Position numbers and translations under genes: made by a program. A DNA stretch of 64,000 nt from Octopus sinensis (taxonomy: Eukaryota): NCBI RefSeq assembly GCF_006345805.1, contig NC_042997.1, positions 82,026,001 to 82,090,000 of the forward strand. The letters are read 5' to 3'. Each line of letters begins with the position of its first letter. Within the stretch, counting starts at the first letter, position 1. Below the pieces are notes generated by a model that searched no databases, was not told where the DNA came from, and was given only the letters and a program-made list of their open reading frames with translations. Of this stretch, positions 23,939 through 36,587 are shown one piece after another.

Positions 23939-23939
<1 letters not shown>
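23828..23939. repeat. Spacerless palindrome centred at 23885/23886
   Basis: Perfect 33-bp arms aaaaaccaaggctgtgtagatattataacattt|aaatg..., extending imperfectly to about 56 bp. Confidence 0.95.
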
Positions 23940-23976
<37 letters not shown>

Positions 23977-24689
23977 AACAGACAGACAGATAGACAGACA
24001 GATAGATAAATAGATAGATATAGTAAAGTATAGTGGAGTAAGTAAAGAAACACATGAAAATGAATAAAATCAATACTTAAAAGAATGACGTACATAAATG
24101 TATTTGGATAACACTACGTATGCTGTGATAACTTCAGCTTAGAAGCATATCATTATTTACCAGTTTTAAACGGAACAACCCGAACAATTGGGAGATTACA
24201 TGTAACGTATTGCGTTATGCTGTGAAATTTGCCCGTCCATACGTGGTTGCTAGTACGATGTTACGTCACAATAAAATCTCTCAATGAAGCCTTTCTAGAT
24301 ACTCTATAAAACCCTGATTTATTATTGTATTACGCCATGCCTAAACTTCCATATCAGATTGGATAATATTAGATTCGCAATACACTTTCATGTACGCATT
24401 CGTCGCTAACTAAATGGATTGTTTTATCTGTTGACTTGTGTCATACTGTCTAGCCATCAAAAGTGGCTGCTTCACATTGATCTACCTCGATCTGTTCAAT
24501 AGATCTCCATTGAATCATATGGATCTTCTCGTCGTGATCGACAAATGAGAGTTCCGTAAAGTAAAACAGTTATCATGTTCTATGGACACGAATGTGTCTC
24601 TTGGGACCTGATATCAATCATACGCGAGAGATGACCTGACCATCTAAACTGTATTTTGATGGGGATGGCTTCATGTGCGAGAGTACGAC

Positions 24690-25495
24690 GTCCCCTGGCG
24701 AGAATGGACGGGACCACTACATATAATAGTAGCGGTCTAAGTAAGGGAGGTAGCCAACCTGCATCGGAGGACTTTCAGCCCGAGACCTATGGACAACTTC
24801 CAGAGGTTCCTGGCTTGGCTGTGCTTCCGAAGTGTCTTGCCAAATCGGGATAAACTCGCGAGGCACGACGTCTCAGATTCGCCTAGGTGCCCGCGTTGCG
24901 GAAAGAGCAACGAAGCTGTTCTGCATGCAATCGTGCAGTGTCCGAGTCTCTCGGATCTGTGGGTTTCTAACGAACGGGTATTGTCACAGCTGGGGAGAGT
25001 ACAGCCGTCAGCCGAGGCGATTATTAAGATCGTTCCGCCGTCTTCTCTAAAAGGAGAAAAGAATTTCTGCTTTCTAGCCGTCATAGCTATAGCGAAAGAG
25101 GTGATATGGAAGACGCGTGGAAGAGGTATCACATCAGGCACCTTCGTCTCCGGGCGTGCTTTGGTTAACCTCTTTTTATATTACTTAAGAGGGAAAGCAC
25201 GTCTGGAGAAGAAATGCCTGGTGTCAAAAAAAGTGCGAAAAAAGATGGAAGAAAGTAGTCCGAATGTTGGGTATGTATGTTGGGTATTAAGCTGGAGGAC
25301 GAAGTAAAGGGGTCAACGCAGAAATGTGGTTGGTGGGGGTCAAACCCATTCCGTGTCCATTCATCCTTTCATCTTCACTCGCAATTATAATGTTTTTATT
25401 CACTATATGTAATCTCACCCAACAAGTCCCTGACCCCTATTTGTCCCGTGTATTGTTCCCTCTTTCTTTAAGCCCTGTGATTTCAATAAAATCAT
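24690..25495 (+). mobile_element. Tx1/L1-like 3' fragment (zf-RVT domain plus 3' UTR)
   Basis: ORF 24789-25307 DKLARHDVSDSPRCPRCGKSNEAVLHAIVQCP (Cx2C..H..C); AATAAA near 25487. Confidence 0.85.
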
Positions 25496-25686
25496 CGTGC
25501 TAGTTACACAGTTCGTGTGTTGATAGTTTAAAGTTGGAGTTCAAAGCTCACAGTTCGAGTTAGCGTGTTGGATTGTTGGTTCTTAAAAGATTGTTGCTAA
25601 GTTCCGTGTGGTTGCTGCCGTTTGTTTCAATTATATTGTTATTACACTGCTGCTGTGTATTCGTTTATCCATAATGATATAACATC

Positions 25687-25696
25687 TGGCGACGAG
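25687..25696 (+). promoter_or_regulatory. Primer-binding site TGGCGACGAG
   Basis: Two nt after the LTR terminal CA; complementary to the 3' end (CTCGTCG-CCA) of tRNA-Ser(GCU) as recalled. Confidence 0.8.
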
Positions 25697-25740
25697 AATC
25701 GTTCGAAACTCACAGTGGTTATTTTGACAATTTCTGCGTT

Positions 25741-28700
25741 ATGGAAAACCTATTAGCCACAGTAGCACAGGTTCAAGAGAAGCAACAAGAACAACTACAG
25801 GAGTTGCAAAAACAAATACTACAACAACAACAATTAACTAAGTTACTGTCGGCGAAGTTCGAAAATCCAGTAAGCTCGTTTACGCTAGATGGCGTAGCTA
25901 ACAGGATTTCTGAATTTACGTATAATCGGGAGGAAGGTGTTACGGTTCCCGCGTATTATGGCAGATACAGGAAATTTTTAGCAATGAGTGCAAGTCATGG
26001 AGTAGAAAGTAAGGCTTTTACTTTGCAAGGTAGCTCTTACCGAACATGAGCTCTATTGTAACTTTATTCTGCCCAAAACGTCGTGTGAAATTGCTTTCCA
26101 AGAAACCGTGGAGCTGCTTTCAATTTTTTTAATGATAGAAGTTTATAATTCAACACCAGAATAGAGTGTTGGAACTTAACAAAAAGCATTTTATCACTAA
26201 CGCCGGAGTGGTCAACCGTGTGTGCGAAATTTCCAATTCCTGGATCTCACTCAAGATATGTTCAAATTACTTATCTTCGTGCAATGACTTACAGCACTAG
26301 AAGATAGAGAAATTCGGGCAAGGATTCTCTCGAAAATGGAGCTAGTGAACAAGGATTTATTTCTATAGACCATCGCAGAAGAATGTCAGACTATGGTAAA
26401 TTTTAAACATGATGTGAAAAAAATACAAGATAAAGACTTTGCAAAAATTCAAATGTGTCGTCCCTGGAAACAATAAAAAAAAGTGTCAGGCCCCCAAGCC
26501 TACACTACAAAAATGATTGTCCGTTTAAAAACAAAAAGTGCTATAGTTGTCAGAAGCTGGGACACAGGAGTTCTCTTTGTAGAACAAGACTACAAGGTAA
26601 AGTACAAAAAGTTCTAAGGTGTTTTCAGCAGAAAGCGATTGCGACGGAAAAAAATAAGAAAATTCATGCACGTAAAAATAAATGATGTGAATACCAAATT
26701 ACAGTTAGACACAGGTAGTGACATCTCGATTATAAATGCAGATACTTGGGAAAAATTGGTAAACTGAGGTTACGTAAAACAGTGAAAATAGCGCGTGATG
26801 TAACGGACGATAAATTACCTTTCATAGGCAAAACATGTATCGACGTTACATTTCGAGCAGAGACACGCGAAGCAAAATTATTCGTTGTGGATAATACAAT
26901 CAATGTATTTGGTACAGATCGGTTAGGGCTATTCCATTTATGGCACTTCTTCATAAATCTTCACTGCAAGAACATAAATGGTTGTCCCATTAAAAACAAG
27001 TCTTCGGAAGAACTGAAAAAAAAAAACTGGAAAAAAATGTTCTCGCAAGTGTTATCAGAGGATTTATGTCTATGTAGAAAGGCGGAAACCAATTTCCAAG
27101 TAAGTGAAAACGCTGTGTATGTATTTAAAGCAAACAGAAAAGTACCGTTCACGGCAACTGAAACCATAAATGAAGAGTTGGACAGACTCGAAAAATGTGG
27201 AGTCGTCAATAAGATGGATTACTCGAAGTGGGCGGCACCCACGGTATGTATTACGCTGTGTGCCGATTTCTCTACAGGATTGAACGACTGCTTAAAAGCA
27301 TACAATCATCCACTTTCGACTACAGAGGACATTTTTTTCAGAATTAAATGGTGGAAAATTGTTTTCCAAGTTAGATCTGTCCGAAGCCTATTTACAGATA
27401 AAAGTAAATGAAAAATTCTCAAAACATTTGACAATAAATACACACAGAGGATTGTACTGATACACACGATTGCCTTTTGGATTAAAAGTGGCACCAGCAA
27501 TATTCCAGCAAATCACGGACACTATGTTATCTGATTGTGAATTTGCGATCCCGTGCTTGGACGGCATCTTGATCAAGAGTAATTCTCGTGAACAGCATGT
27601 GAAACACATAAAAGCTATATTTAAGAAAATGAAAGTTTTCGGGTTCACTTTGAGTGAAGAAAAATGCGAATTCTTTCTACCCCAAATTAAGTACTTAGGG
27701 CAAGTAATTGATAAAAGTGGTACACTTCCTGACCCATCAAAGGCAGACACAATAAGGAATATGCCTGCCCCGACAAATATTCCAACTTTACAAGCATTTT
27801 TTGGGGTTGGCAAACTATTATTAAAGCTACATTCCTAATATGCACAAGTTAAGAGCTCCATTGAATGGCTTATTAAAAAATGGAGTAAAGTGGAATTGGT
27901 TCGCCAAATGCCAGAACACTTTTGAAGAAATAAAAAAAAATAATCTCAGCCCTGTCGTTAGCACATTACAATCCCGAAATGTCTATCATCGGAGCGTCTA
28001 ATGCTTCCGAACACGAATTAGGTGCAATTCTATTTCATAAACTCGAAGACGGAAGTACAAAACCAGTGTTTCATGTTTCACGCTCGCTAATAGTGGCAGA
28101 GAAGAGATATAGTCAAATTGAAAAGGAAGCCCTTGCCATTACTTTTGAAGTTAAAATTTTTCACATGTTTCTGCATGGCAGAAGTTTTTTTATTGCAAAC
28201 AAACCATAGACCTTTATACGTCTAAAAAAGGTTACTGATTCATACTGCGAACCGTCTGCAACGTTAGGGTGTAATAATACTAAAATATAATTTCAAAATG
28301 TAATACATTCTATCGAAAAAAATCGATTATGCGGACTGACTTTCGAGATTAATTCCAAAAAATATGGAACCATTAGAAGTGACTGTTATAGTCCCACTGC
28401 AGGTAGAAAGCGAAATTAAAAGTCTTATGACAACGTTACACAAGAACTACCAAGAATGCACAGGATATAAGAATGAGAGCTGTAGGTGATGAGTATATTA
28501 CGAAAATAAAAGAAGCTTTAAAAAATAAACAGACTAAAAACTCAGATGCCAGCAGTTTTTCAATTTGCGACGATATTCTGATATATACCCAAAGGGTGGT
28601 GGTTACAGCCACATTACAAAAAGGTGTATTGCAACAATTTCACAGCGGACATCCAGAAATGGCAAGGATGAGGGCTCTGATGGGGAGTTATGTTTATTGG

Positions 28701-29500
28701 CCGTCTATGGACAGTGGTATCGGAAACTTAGCGAGAACGAGCCGAGGTTGCGCGCTCGCAGCCGAAGCCTCACCCGTAAAATATCATGGTCTAGGTTACA
28801 CATCGACTATGCCGGACCGGTAAACGGTGCTTTCTACCTAATTGTAGTAGATAGCTGTGCTAAGTTACCGGAGGTTTGCTGGTGTTATAGACCAGCCTCG
28901 TATAAAGTTCTTATACGAATTGTTTGCACGATACGGTGTCCCTGACACGCTAGTTTCAGATAACGGAACAAACGCAGTTCTCTGAGTATGAATTCAAGAA
29001 CTTTTGTAAAAGGCATGCAATAAAGCACATTTTCATTCCACCCTACCACCGGAGGTCAAACGAGCAGATAGAAAGATTTGTGGACACTTTTAAAAGAGCG
29101 TTAAGAAAAGCGAGAAATCAATTAAGTAACGACGAAGCACTGACAAATTTCTTTAAAATATACAGAATGACAACCAATCCAAGTACAAATTCAAGGAAGT
29201 CTCCCGCAGAATTGATGTTCGCAAGAAGGATAAAATCCATTTTTTATAAGATATTGCCAGAGAAAAAAAGAGGTAAAAGAAATATGAAAGAGCCAACGAA
29301 ATACGAGATGGGTGATAAAGTGCATATCAAAGCCTATAGAATCGGTAAAGAAGGCTGGGAAGATGGCCTTGTTACCAGAAAAATTGTAGTATGATGTATC
29401 TAATTAAAGGGTCACACGGGGAACATAAGAGACATATAAAGCAACTAAGGAAGAGGCGTACCCAAGATCGGGAAGAAATAACCATGGAAGTATTCTTTAA
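25741..29500 (+). pseudogene. Disrupted gag-pol
   Basis: ORFs 25741-26049, 26455-26685, 26746-27411, 27470-27838, 27979-28209, 28473-28945 and 29080-29394; the catalytic YLDD reads CLDG. Confidence 0.88.
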
Positions 29501-29611
29501 AATATTCGATGTACCGGTATCAAAAGTTATGTGTTAGTTCTATCCAATAGAACTAACACGAGAAAAAGAAAGCAAACGGAACACTTTCAGATAATGCCCA
29601 AGCGAAAGAGA

Positions 29612-30065
29612 CATGGTTGGCATCCTTTCTGTCTCGGGAGACAATGGAGTTGCGCATAGAGTAGTCTAGTCCGGCTTTTATATTTCATGTCCTGATACAT
29701 TTCCTGCTGTGGCTGTGTAGTCCTATCCTGGACAAACACTTCCTCTGGCAGGTACCGCAAATGTAGCGAAGACTGTTCCTGGCTGGTTGTAATGCCATAG
29801 TCTCTTGTTGACGTCTCTTCTTTTCTTTCCATTTCTCCTCTCTCTCTCTGTCACTCCTTTGTATTCCCTCTTTTACGGTACGTCGCCATTCTCCACGGTT
29901 GCCGGCAACTGCCTCCCAACCGCTAATATTGATGTTGCAGGCCTTCATGTCCGTTTTGCAAACATCCTTGTAACGTAAGATCGGTCTACCCACATACCTA
30001 GTACCCCTAGCAAGCTCTCCGTAGAGTATGTCCTTGGGGATTCTGCCATCTTTCATACGGCTACC
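29612..30065 (-). mobile_element. 5'-truncated RTE (BovB-like) 3' end
   Basis: ORF 29685-30056 MKDGRIPKDILYGEL..G.R..GRP..RYKD...CGTCQRKCLSRIGLHSHSRKC; 3' UTR hairpin tgtct-cccg-agaca. Confidence 0.9.
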
Positions 30066-30772
30066 TTTGTCTCTCTATCTCTCTATCTCTCCCCTCTCTC
30101 TCTCCCTCTCTCTATCATAAGCACAATCAAACACACAGACACAAACCTGTCACTCCACTACCACTAGTTGTATTTTGCATTGATCCCCCCACACAAACAA
30201 TCACACACACATAGACACGACTGCAGTTATATACATACACACACATAGGCACTCAATCTCATTGGCAAAAGCAAACAACAACGCATCACCATACATACGA
30301 CTTGCACTCTGTCACCCCCCTATTCTTAGTACTTTCCCCTTCCAACCATTCTTGAACTCTTGAACTTTTTAGAATCTTATCCATCCAACCAATTTTGACG
30401 TCACTGCTTGTAACGGAATATTTTTAAGAAACACTCATTATTACTATGGACTCCGTGTGGGCAGTCATCTAAAAGCTTTTGTTCGTCATGATGCTGACAT
30501 ATGATGAGAAGACGGCATAATGCACCCTTTATTCCTTCGGAATTAAGAATATGCAGTCTTCGAAACATGTGTCGAGAATAAAGGAATTTTGTTAAATCGT
30601 CGTTCGACTCCATTCTTTCATTTATCTATAGTAAAAAAACACACAAATTTCCACACGAAAGCACGTGATTTCTGCCCTTGGCAAGTAGCTTCGACCGTTC
30701 TTTCTGACGTAAATTTTATACCCGGGTATCGTTTAACCGAATTATCCATACTCGGATAATTCATTCAACTAC

Positions 30773-30878
<106 letters not shown>

Positions 30879-31183
30879 ATTAGAGAAATACCAGTATTAT
30901 GCAATTTAAACAATGCTACACATAAACCAAATCAGAAATAAAAAATAAAAAATATTTTTTAAAACATATAACTAGATCGCAAAAATGCAAAAATGAATAA
31001 TCAATATATAATAAGTAAGAAAAACTATGTACGTTTCCTGGCTATAATTAAGTTTGAATTACAATTAAATTTAAACTTGAAATATACTCCCTATTATTAT
31101 TATTATATATATATATATACTTTTTTTATTTATGGACGATCAAAGTTGTGAAAAACAGGACAGTAGAGACATACATATATATA

Positions 31184-31221
<38 letters not shown>

Positions 31222-31460
31222 TGTGGTGTTTGAGTGTATGTCGGTTTTTGTACCCCACCCCATTATCGCTTGACAACTGATGTTCCTGAGTTTACGTCCC
31301 CGTAACTTAGCCGTTTGGCAAAACACGCAGGTAAAATAAGAATAAGGCTTACAAAGAATAAATCTAGGGGTCGATTTCTTCGGCTAAAAGCGGTATCCAG
31401 CGTGGCCGCAGTTACATGACCGAAACAAGTAAAATAATAAAATACTATACTATTTTAACT

Positions 31461-31487
31461 CCGAGCAACGCCGGGTATCTCTTCTAG
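31461..31487 (+). mobile_element. Orphan Helitron-type 3' terminus
   Basis: ccgagcaacgccggg hairpin plus tatctcttCTAG|T; same motif at 44464-44490. Confidence 0.6.
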
Positions 31488-31493
31488 TGAATG

Positions 31494-31525
<32 letters not shown>

Positions 31526-31604
31526 CGTGTATATTTAAATATACATATATATATCTATATATATATATATATGTATATATGCATATATATTTAAGTCCTT
31601 TTAT

Positions 31605-32010
31605 TCTTTTATTCTTTTATTCTTTTACTTGTTTCAGTCATTGACTGCGGCCATGCTGGAGCACCGCCTTTAATCGAGCAAATCGACCCCGGGACTTATT
31701 CTTTTCTAAGCCCAGTACTTATTCTATCGGTCTCTTATGCCGAACCGCTAAGTGACGGGGACGTAAACACACCAGCACCGGTTGTCAAGCAATGCTAGGG
31801 GACAAACAGACACACAAACATACACACGCATATATATATACATATATACGACGGGCTTCTTTCAGTTTCCGTCTACCAAATCCACTCACAAGGCTTGGTT
31901 GGCCCGAGGCAATAGTAGAAGACACTTGCCCAAGGTGCCACGCAGTGGGACTGAACCCAGGAACCATGTGGTTGGTAAACACGCTACTTACTACACAGCC
32001 ATCCTGCGCC
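31605..32010 (-). mobile_element. SINE family A
   Basis: Reverse complement of the 8200-8616 family from head (ggcgcaggatggctgtgtagt) to tail. Confidence 0.85.
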
Positions 32011-32089
32011 TACAGTATATATATATATATATAGAAAAATATATATATGTACATATATATGTATATGTATATATATATGTCTATATATT

Positions 32090-32140
<51 letters not shown>

Positions 32141-32269
32141 TTATACATATATATATATATGTATTTATATATGTATATATGTGTGTATATATACATATAT
32201 ATATATGCATATATACATATATATTACTATATACATATATATATGGGTATATATCTATGTATTATATGC

Positions 32270-32328
<59 letters not shown>

Positions 32329-32396
32329 GTATAAATATATGTATAAACATAGATATATATTTAGCTATATACATATATATATATATACATATACAG

Positions 32397-32431
<35 letters not shown>

Positions 32432-32776
32432 ATATACATACATATACATATACATATCTATATATATATATATATAATAAACCTTACATAAATAAATAAC
32501 GTGAAATACACGAAGGGACGAACAAAAATCAAACGGGTCATTCAAAGCCTTCATTCTTCAGTCAAGTTTATGAAAGAATGGAGTTGAACGACTTGTTAAC
32601 ACATTTCCTTTATTTTCGACATATGTTTCGAAAGCACGAAAGCACGTACTCTATGCCCTAGGGACGTAACTTCAACCGTGTTCTTTCTGATGTGAATTTG
32701 CTACCCAGGTATCGGTTATCTTTCGAATTATCCTTAATAAGATAATTCATTCAACTACTCAAATATATATATACAT

Positions 32777-32814
<38 letters not shown>

Positions 32815-32931
32815 TATATATATATAATATATATATATATATATAATATATATATATATATATGTAGGTCCCGGGTTGATCCGGGGTTAACCACAGTAAG
32901 TAAGGTACTCAATACATAGCAGAGTAAAATC

Positions 32932-33210
32932 AATTTATTATATAGAAGGAGCTTCTACAGGACTAGTACTGTTCATTCAAGAGAAATCTTCAGGAAGCTA
33001 TTAACAAGAATTGTATTAGCATTTATACATTTAGGCAGGTTTAAAGGAGTGGTGGTGGGGGACTTTTTTTGGGGGTAGGCATAGCGCAAAATATCATACT
33101 GTGGGGGAGTGGTCAAGGAGTCAGTGGTAAGTTAGATGAAGGAATAGATAAATAAAAAAATAAAATAAAGAATAAAAAATAAAAAATAAAAAATAAAAAA
33201 TAAAAAATAA
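32932..33210 (-). repeat. Left arm of about 280-bp inverted repeat (PLE pLTR-like)
   Basis: Reverse complement of 36240-36537 with only a few differences. Confidence 0.9.
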
Positions 33211-33339
33211 GATAAAACTATAAGAACTATAGACCTACCCGGCAACCTGATTGATGACAACCCCCCCCCTACAACCCCCCCAACCCCACTGTTCCCCTAG
33301 CACCCCCGATTACCTTTTCTCCTAAGACCTTTCACATAT

Positions 33340-34601
33340 TGTATGTGCACGCTTGTATATGTGTATCGTATGTATGTATATATGTATAGAAATGCATGGG
33401 TACAGAAAGGATATACGCATGTATATGTGTGTGTGTGTGTATGTATGCATGTAAAAAAATATATATATGTATATATGTTTGCATATATGAAATATATTAT
33501 ATATATATATATGTATGTGCTTGTATGTGTGTGTGTGTGTGTATATATGTATATGTGTTTGTATGTATATGTGTATATACGTGTAAATGTATGTGTTTTT
33601 GTATGTGTATGTATGTATAAAATATTATAATTAGGGCTTAGTAAAATAAAATAAATTACTTTGCCACATACTAAACTTTCTAGAATAGCAGCCAATAAAG
33701 GTTTTTAGCCTCTTCCACTACTTAGAGAATTTTTTTCCCTCTAACATTGTTTACTCAAAATAATAATGGTCCCTTTACATACTGATTCTTGGTGAATTTG
33801 ATTAATAACTAATTAACTTCACCCTCCTTGTTGATATATATTATATATGTATGTGGTGTACATGTATGATATATATGTGTGTGGGTGTATGTGTGTATGT
33901 ATGCATTTGTACATGTGTGTGTGTATATGTATGTGCGCGCGTGTGTGTGTATGTATGTGTATGTATATTTGTATATGTATGTGCATGTGTATGTATATGT
34001 ATATATATGTATATGTATGTATATATATGATATATATATGTATATATATATATGTATGTATATGTATGTATATATGTGTGTGTATATGGTGTATTATGTA
34101 TGTATTAATAGATTGTAGTTATAATATATATATATGTATGTATATGCATCTGTCTGTGTGTGTGATGTGTATATATGTGTATCATTATTGCGTATGTATA
34201 CATGTATATGTGTATATGCATGTGTGCGTGTGTTGTGTATATGTGTGTATATATATGTATATATGTGGGGGTATATGTATATATATATATAATATATATA
34301 TGTATAGTATATATATATGTATGTGTATATATATATAGTATATATATGTATGTGTGTATGTGTATATATGTATGTGTATGTGTGTGTGGTGTACATGTAT
34401 ATTATGTGTGTGTGTATATATATATATGTTTATATGTGAGTATGTAGAGATATAAGTATATGCATGTGTATACGTGTGTGTGTGTATGTATATATATATA
34501 TATATATATATTATGTATGGGTATGTGTATCCGTGTATATATGTATGTGTGTGTGTATGTATATGTATGTATGTGTGTATATATGTATGTGTATATGTGT
34601 A

Positions 34602-34642
<41 letters not shown>

Positions 34643-35272
34643 GTATGTGTATGTATGTGTGTGTAGGTGTGCATGTATGTGTATGTGTATATGTGTATAT
34701 ATATGTTTGTGTATATATATGTATATATATATATATGTGTATATATGTATATATATATATATATATATGTATATATGAGTGCGCGTGTGTGTATGTATGC
34801 ATATATGTATGTATGCATGTATATGTGTATGTATATATGTGTGTAAGTGTGTGCATATATGTATATGTAAGTATGTGCGCGTGTATGAGTATGTATGTAT
34901 GCTTGCACACGTGTATATATATGTGTGTGTGTGTATATATATGGATGCGCGTGCGTGCGTGCACGTGTATGGGTACGCATGTGTATATGTGTATGTGCGT
35001 GTATGTGTATGTATGCATATGTATGTATGCATGTATATGTGTATGTATATATGTGTGTAAGTGTGTGCATATATGTATATGTAAGTATGTGTGCGTGTAT
35101 GAGTATGTATGTATGCTTGCACACGTGTATATGTGTGTGTGTGTGTATATATGGATGCATGTGCGTGTGTGCACGTGTATGGGTACGCATGTATATGTGT
35201 ATGTGCGTGTATGCGTATACGTGTATGTATGTATGTGTGGGCGTATATTTGTATATGTATGTGTGAGTGTGT

Positions 35273-35323
<51 letters not shown>

Positions 35324-35539
35324 GATGGGGGTGTATGTATGCGTATAAATGCATGTAAGTATGGATGTATGGATGTATGTGTATGTATGTTTACGTATGT
35401 ATGTGTTTGTGTGTATATGTATGTAGGTGTGTGTATGTATGTGTGTATATATGTATATATATATATGTGTGTATATATGTTTGTGTATGTATATATATGT
35501 GTATGTATGTGTGTGTATATATATGTGTGTGTGTGTATG

Positions 35540-35625
<86 letters not shown>

Positions 35626-35692
35626 ATGTGTATATATATATATGGGTATGTATCTGTATGTAGGAGTATATATATGTGTGTGTGTGTGTGTA

Positions 35693-35751
<59 letters not shown>

Positions 35752-35760
35752 TTACTGGTG
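33340..35760. repeat. Degenerate (TA)/(TG) low-complexity array with a 214-bp internal tandem duplication
   Basis: Anchor gtaagtgtgtgcat occurs at 34843 and 35057. Confidence 0.9.
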
Positions 35761-36073
35761 TATATATATAGACTAGCCTCCTAAAGTGTAGACATGAATC
35801 TGTAGGTACGAGTACGTATGTGTATATACGTGAACGTATGTAGATGTTTGTATGTATGAATATAACGCGTGCGTACGTGTATGTGTATGAGTGTACGAAT
35901 GGGTGTATGTACGTGCAAATGAGTGTGCGTGCGGGAACGAGTACTTGCCTTCTAGTAGACAGACGATTGGACATGCTGCCATCGCCAGGATCCTTAGCCC
36001 TAGCGATCAAAGATAACAAAAGTAATAAATGAAGATAATAAAATTAAAATTAGGGAATGGGCCTGTATTTGAT

Positions 36074-36156
<83 letters not shown>

Positions 36157-36239
36157 GTGTTGTGTAGGTATGTATAGGCACACATGTGTACGTATGTGTG
36201 TGTGTATGTATATGTGTTTATGTGTATGTGCACACATTT

Positions 36240-36528
36240 TATTTTTTATTTTTTTTATATTTTTTTATTTTATTTTTTATTTTTTATTTTTTATTTTTTA
36301 TTCTTTATTTTTTTATTTATCTATTCCTTCATCTAACTTACCACTGACCTCCTTGACCACTCCCCCAACTATGATATTTTGCGCTATGCCTACCCCCAAA
36401 AAAGTCCCCCACCACCACTCCTTTAAACCTGCCTAAATGTATAAATGCTAATACAATTCTTGTTAAATAGCTTCCTGAAGATTTCTCTTGAATGAAACAG
36501 TACTAGTCCTGTAGAAGCTCCTTCTATA

Positions 36529-36537
<9 letters not shown>
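36240..36537 (+). repeat. Right arm of about 280-bp inverted repeat (PLE pLTR-like), ending at (TA)n
   Basis: Partner of 32932-33210; contains the hammerhead motif. Confidence 0.9.
36469..36519 (+). ncRNA. Type I hammerhead ribozyme candidate with complete core
   Basis: AGCTTC CTGAAGA T TTC tctt GAA T GAAA CAG tactagtc CTG T A GAAGCT: 6-bp stem I, 4-bp stem III, GUA site after 36513. The 10.1-11.1 pair is U.U instead of G-C. Confidence 0.7.

Positions 36538-36587
<50 letters not shown>

Larger units (their letters stand above)
25500..29610 (+). mobile_element. Ty3/Gypsy LTR retrotransposon (Mag-like), degraded; no 3' LTR found
   Basis: LTR end ..TAACA at 25684, PBS, gag with two knuckles (HYKNDCP; CYSCQKLGHRSSLC), protease QLDTGSD, RT (KWAAP, FGLKVAPAIFQ), RNase H (YSQIEKEALA) and integrase (HSGHP, RLHIDYAGP, VSDNG), in Gypsy order. 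Confidence 0.92.

Noticed and set aside
29620-29650. ctcgggag as Gypsy polypurine tract
   Set aside because: It belongs to the antisense RTE 3' UTR hairpin (tgtctcccgagaca), and no LTR follows.
33255-33310. Minus-strand G-quadruplex-like run of G tracts
   Set aside because: A single occurrence in repeat-derived DNA, with nothing to suggest function.
31782-36436. Long ORFs up to 389 aa rich in Y/I/H/T/C/V/M (for example 34185-35354)
   Set aside because: They are translations of (TA)/(TG)/(CA) low-complexity DNA that lacks stops by composition; the same applies to 40288-40690, 42266-42713 and 60201-61451.
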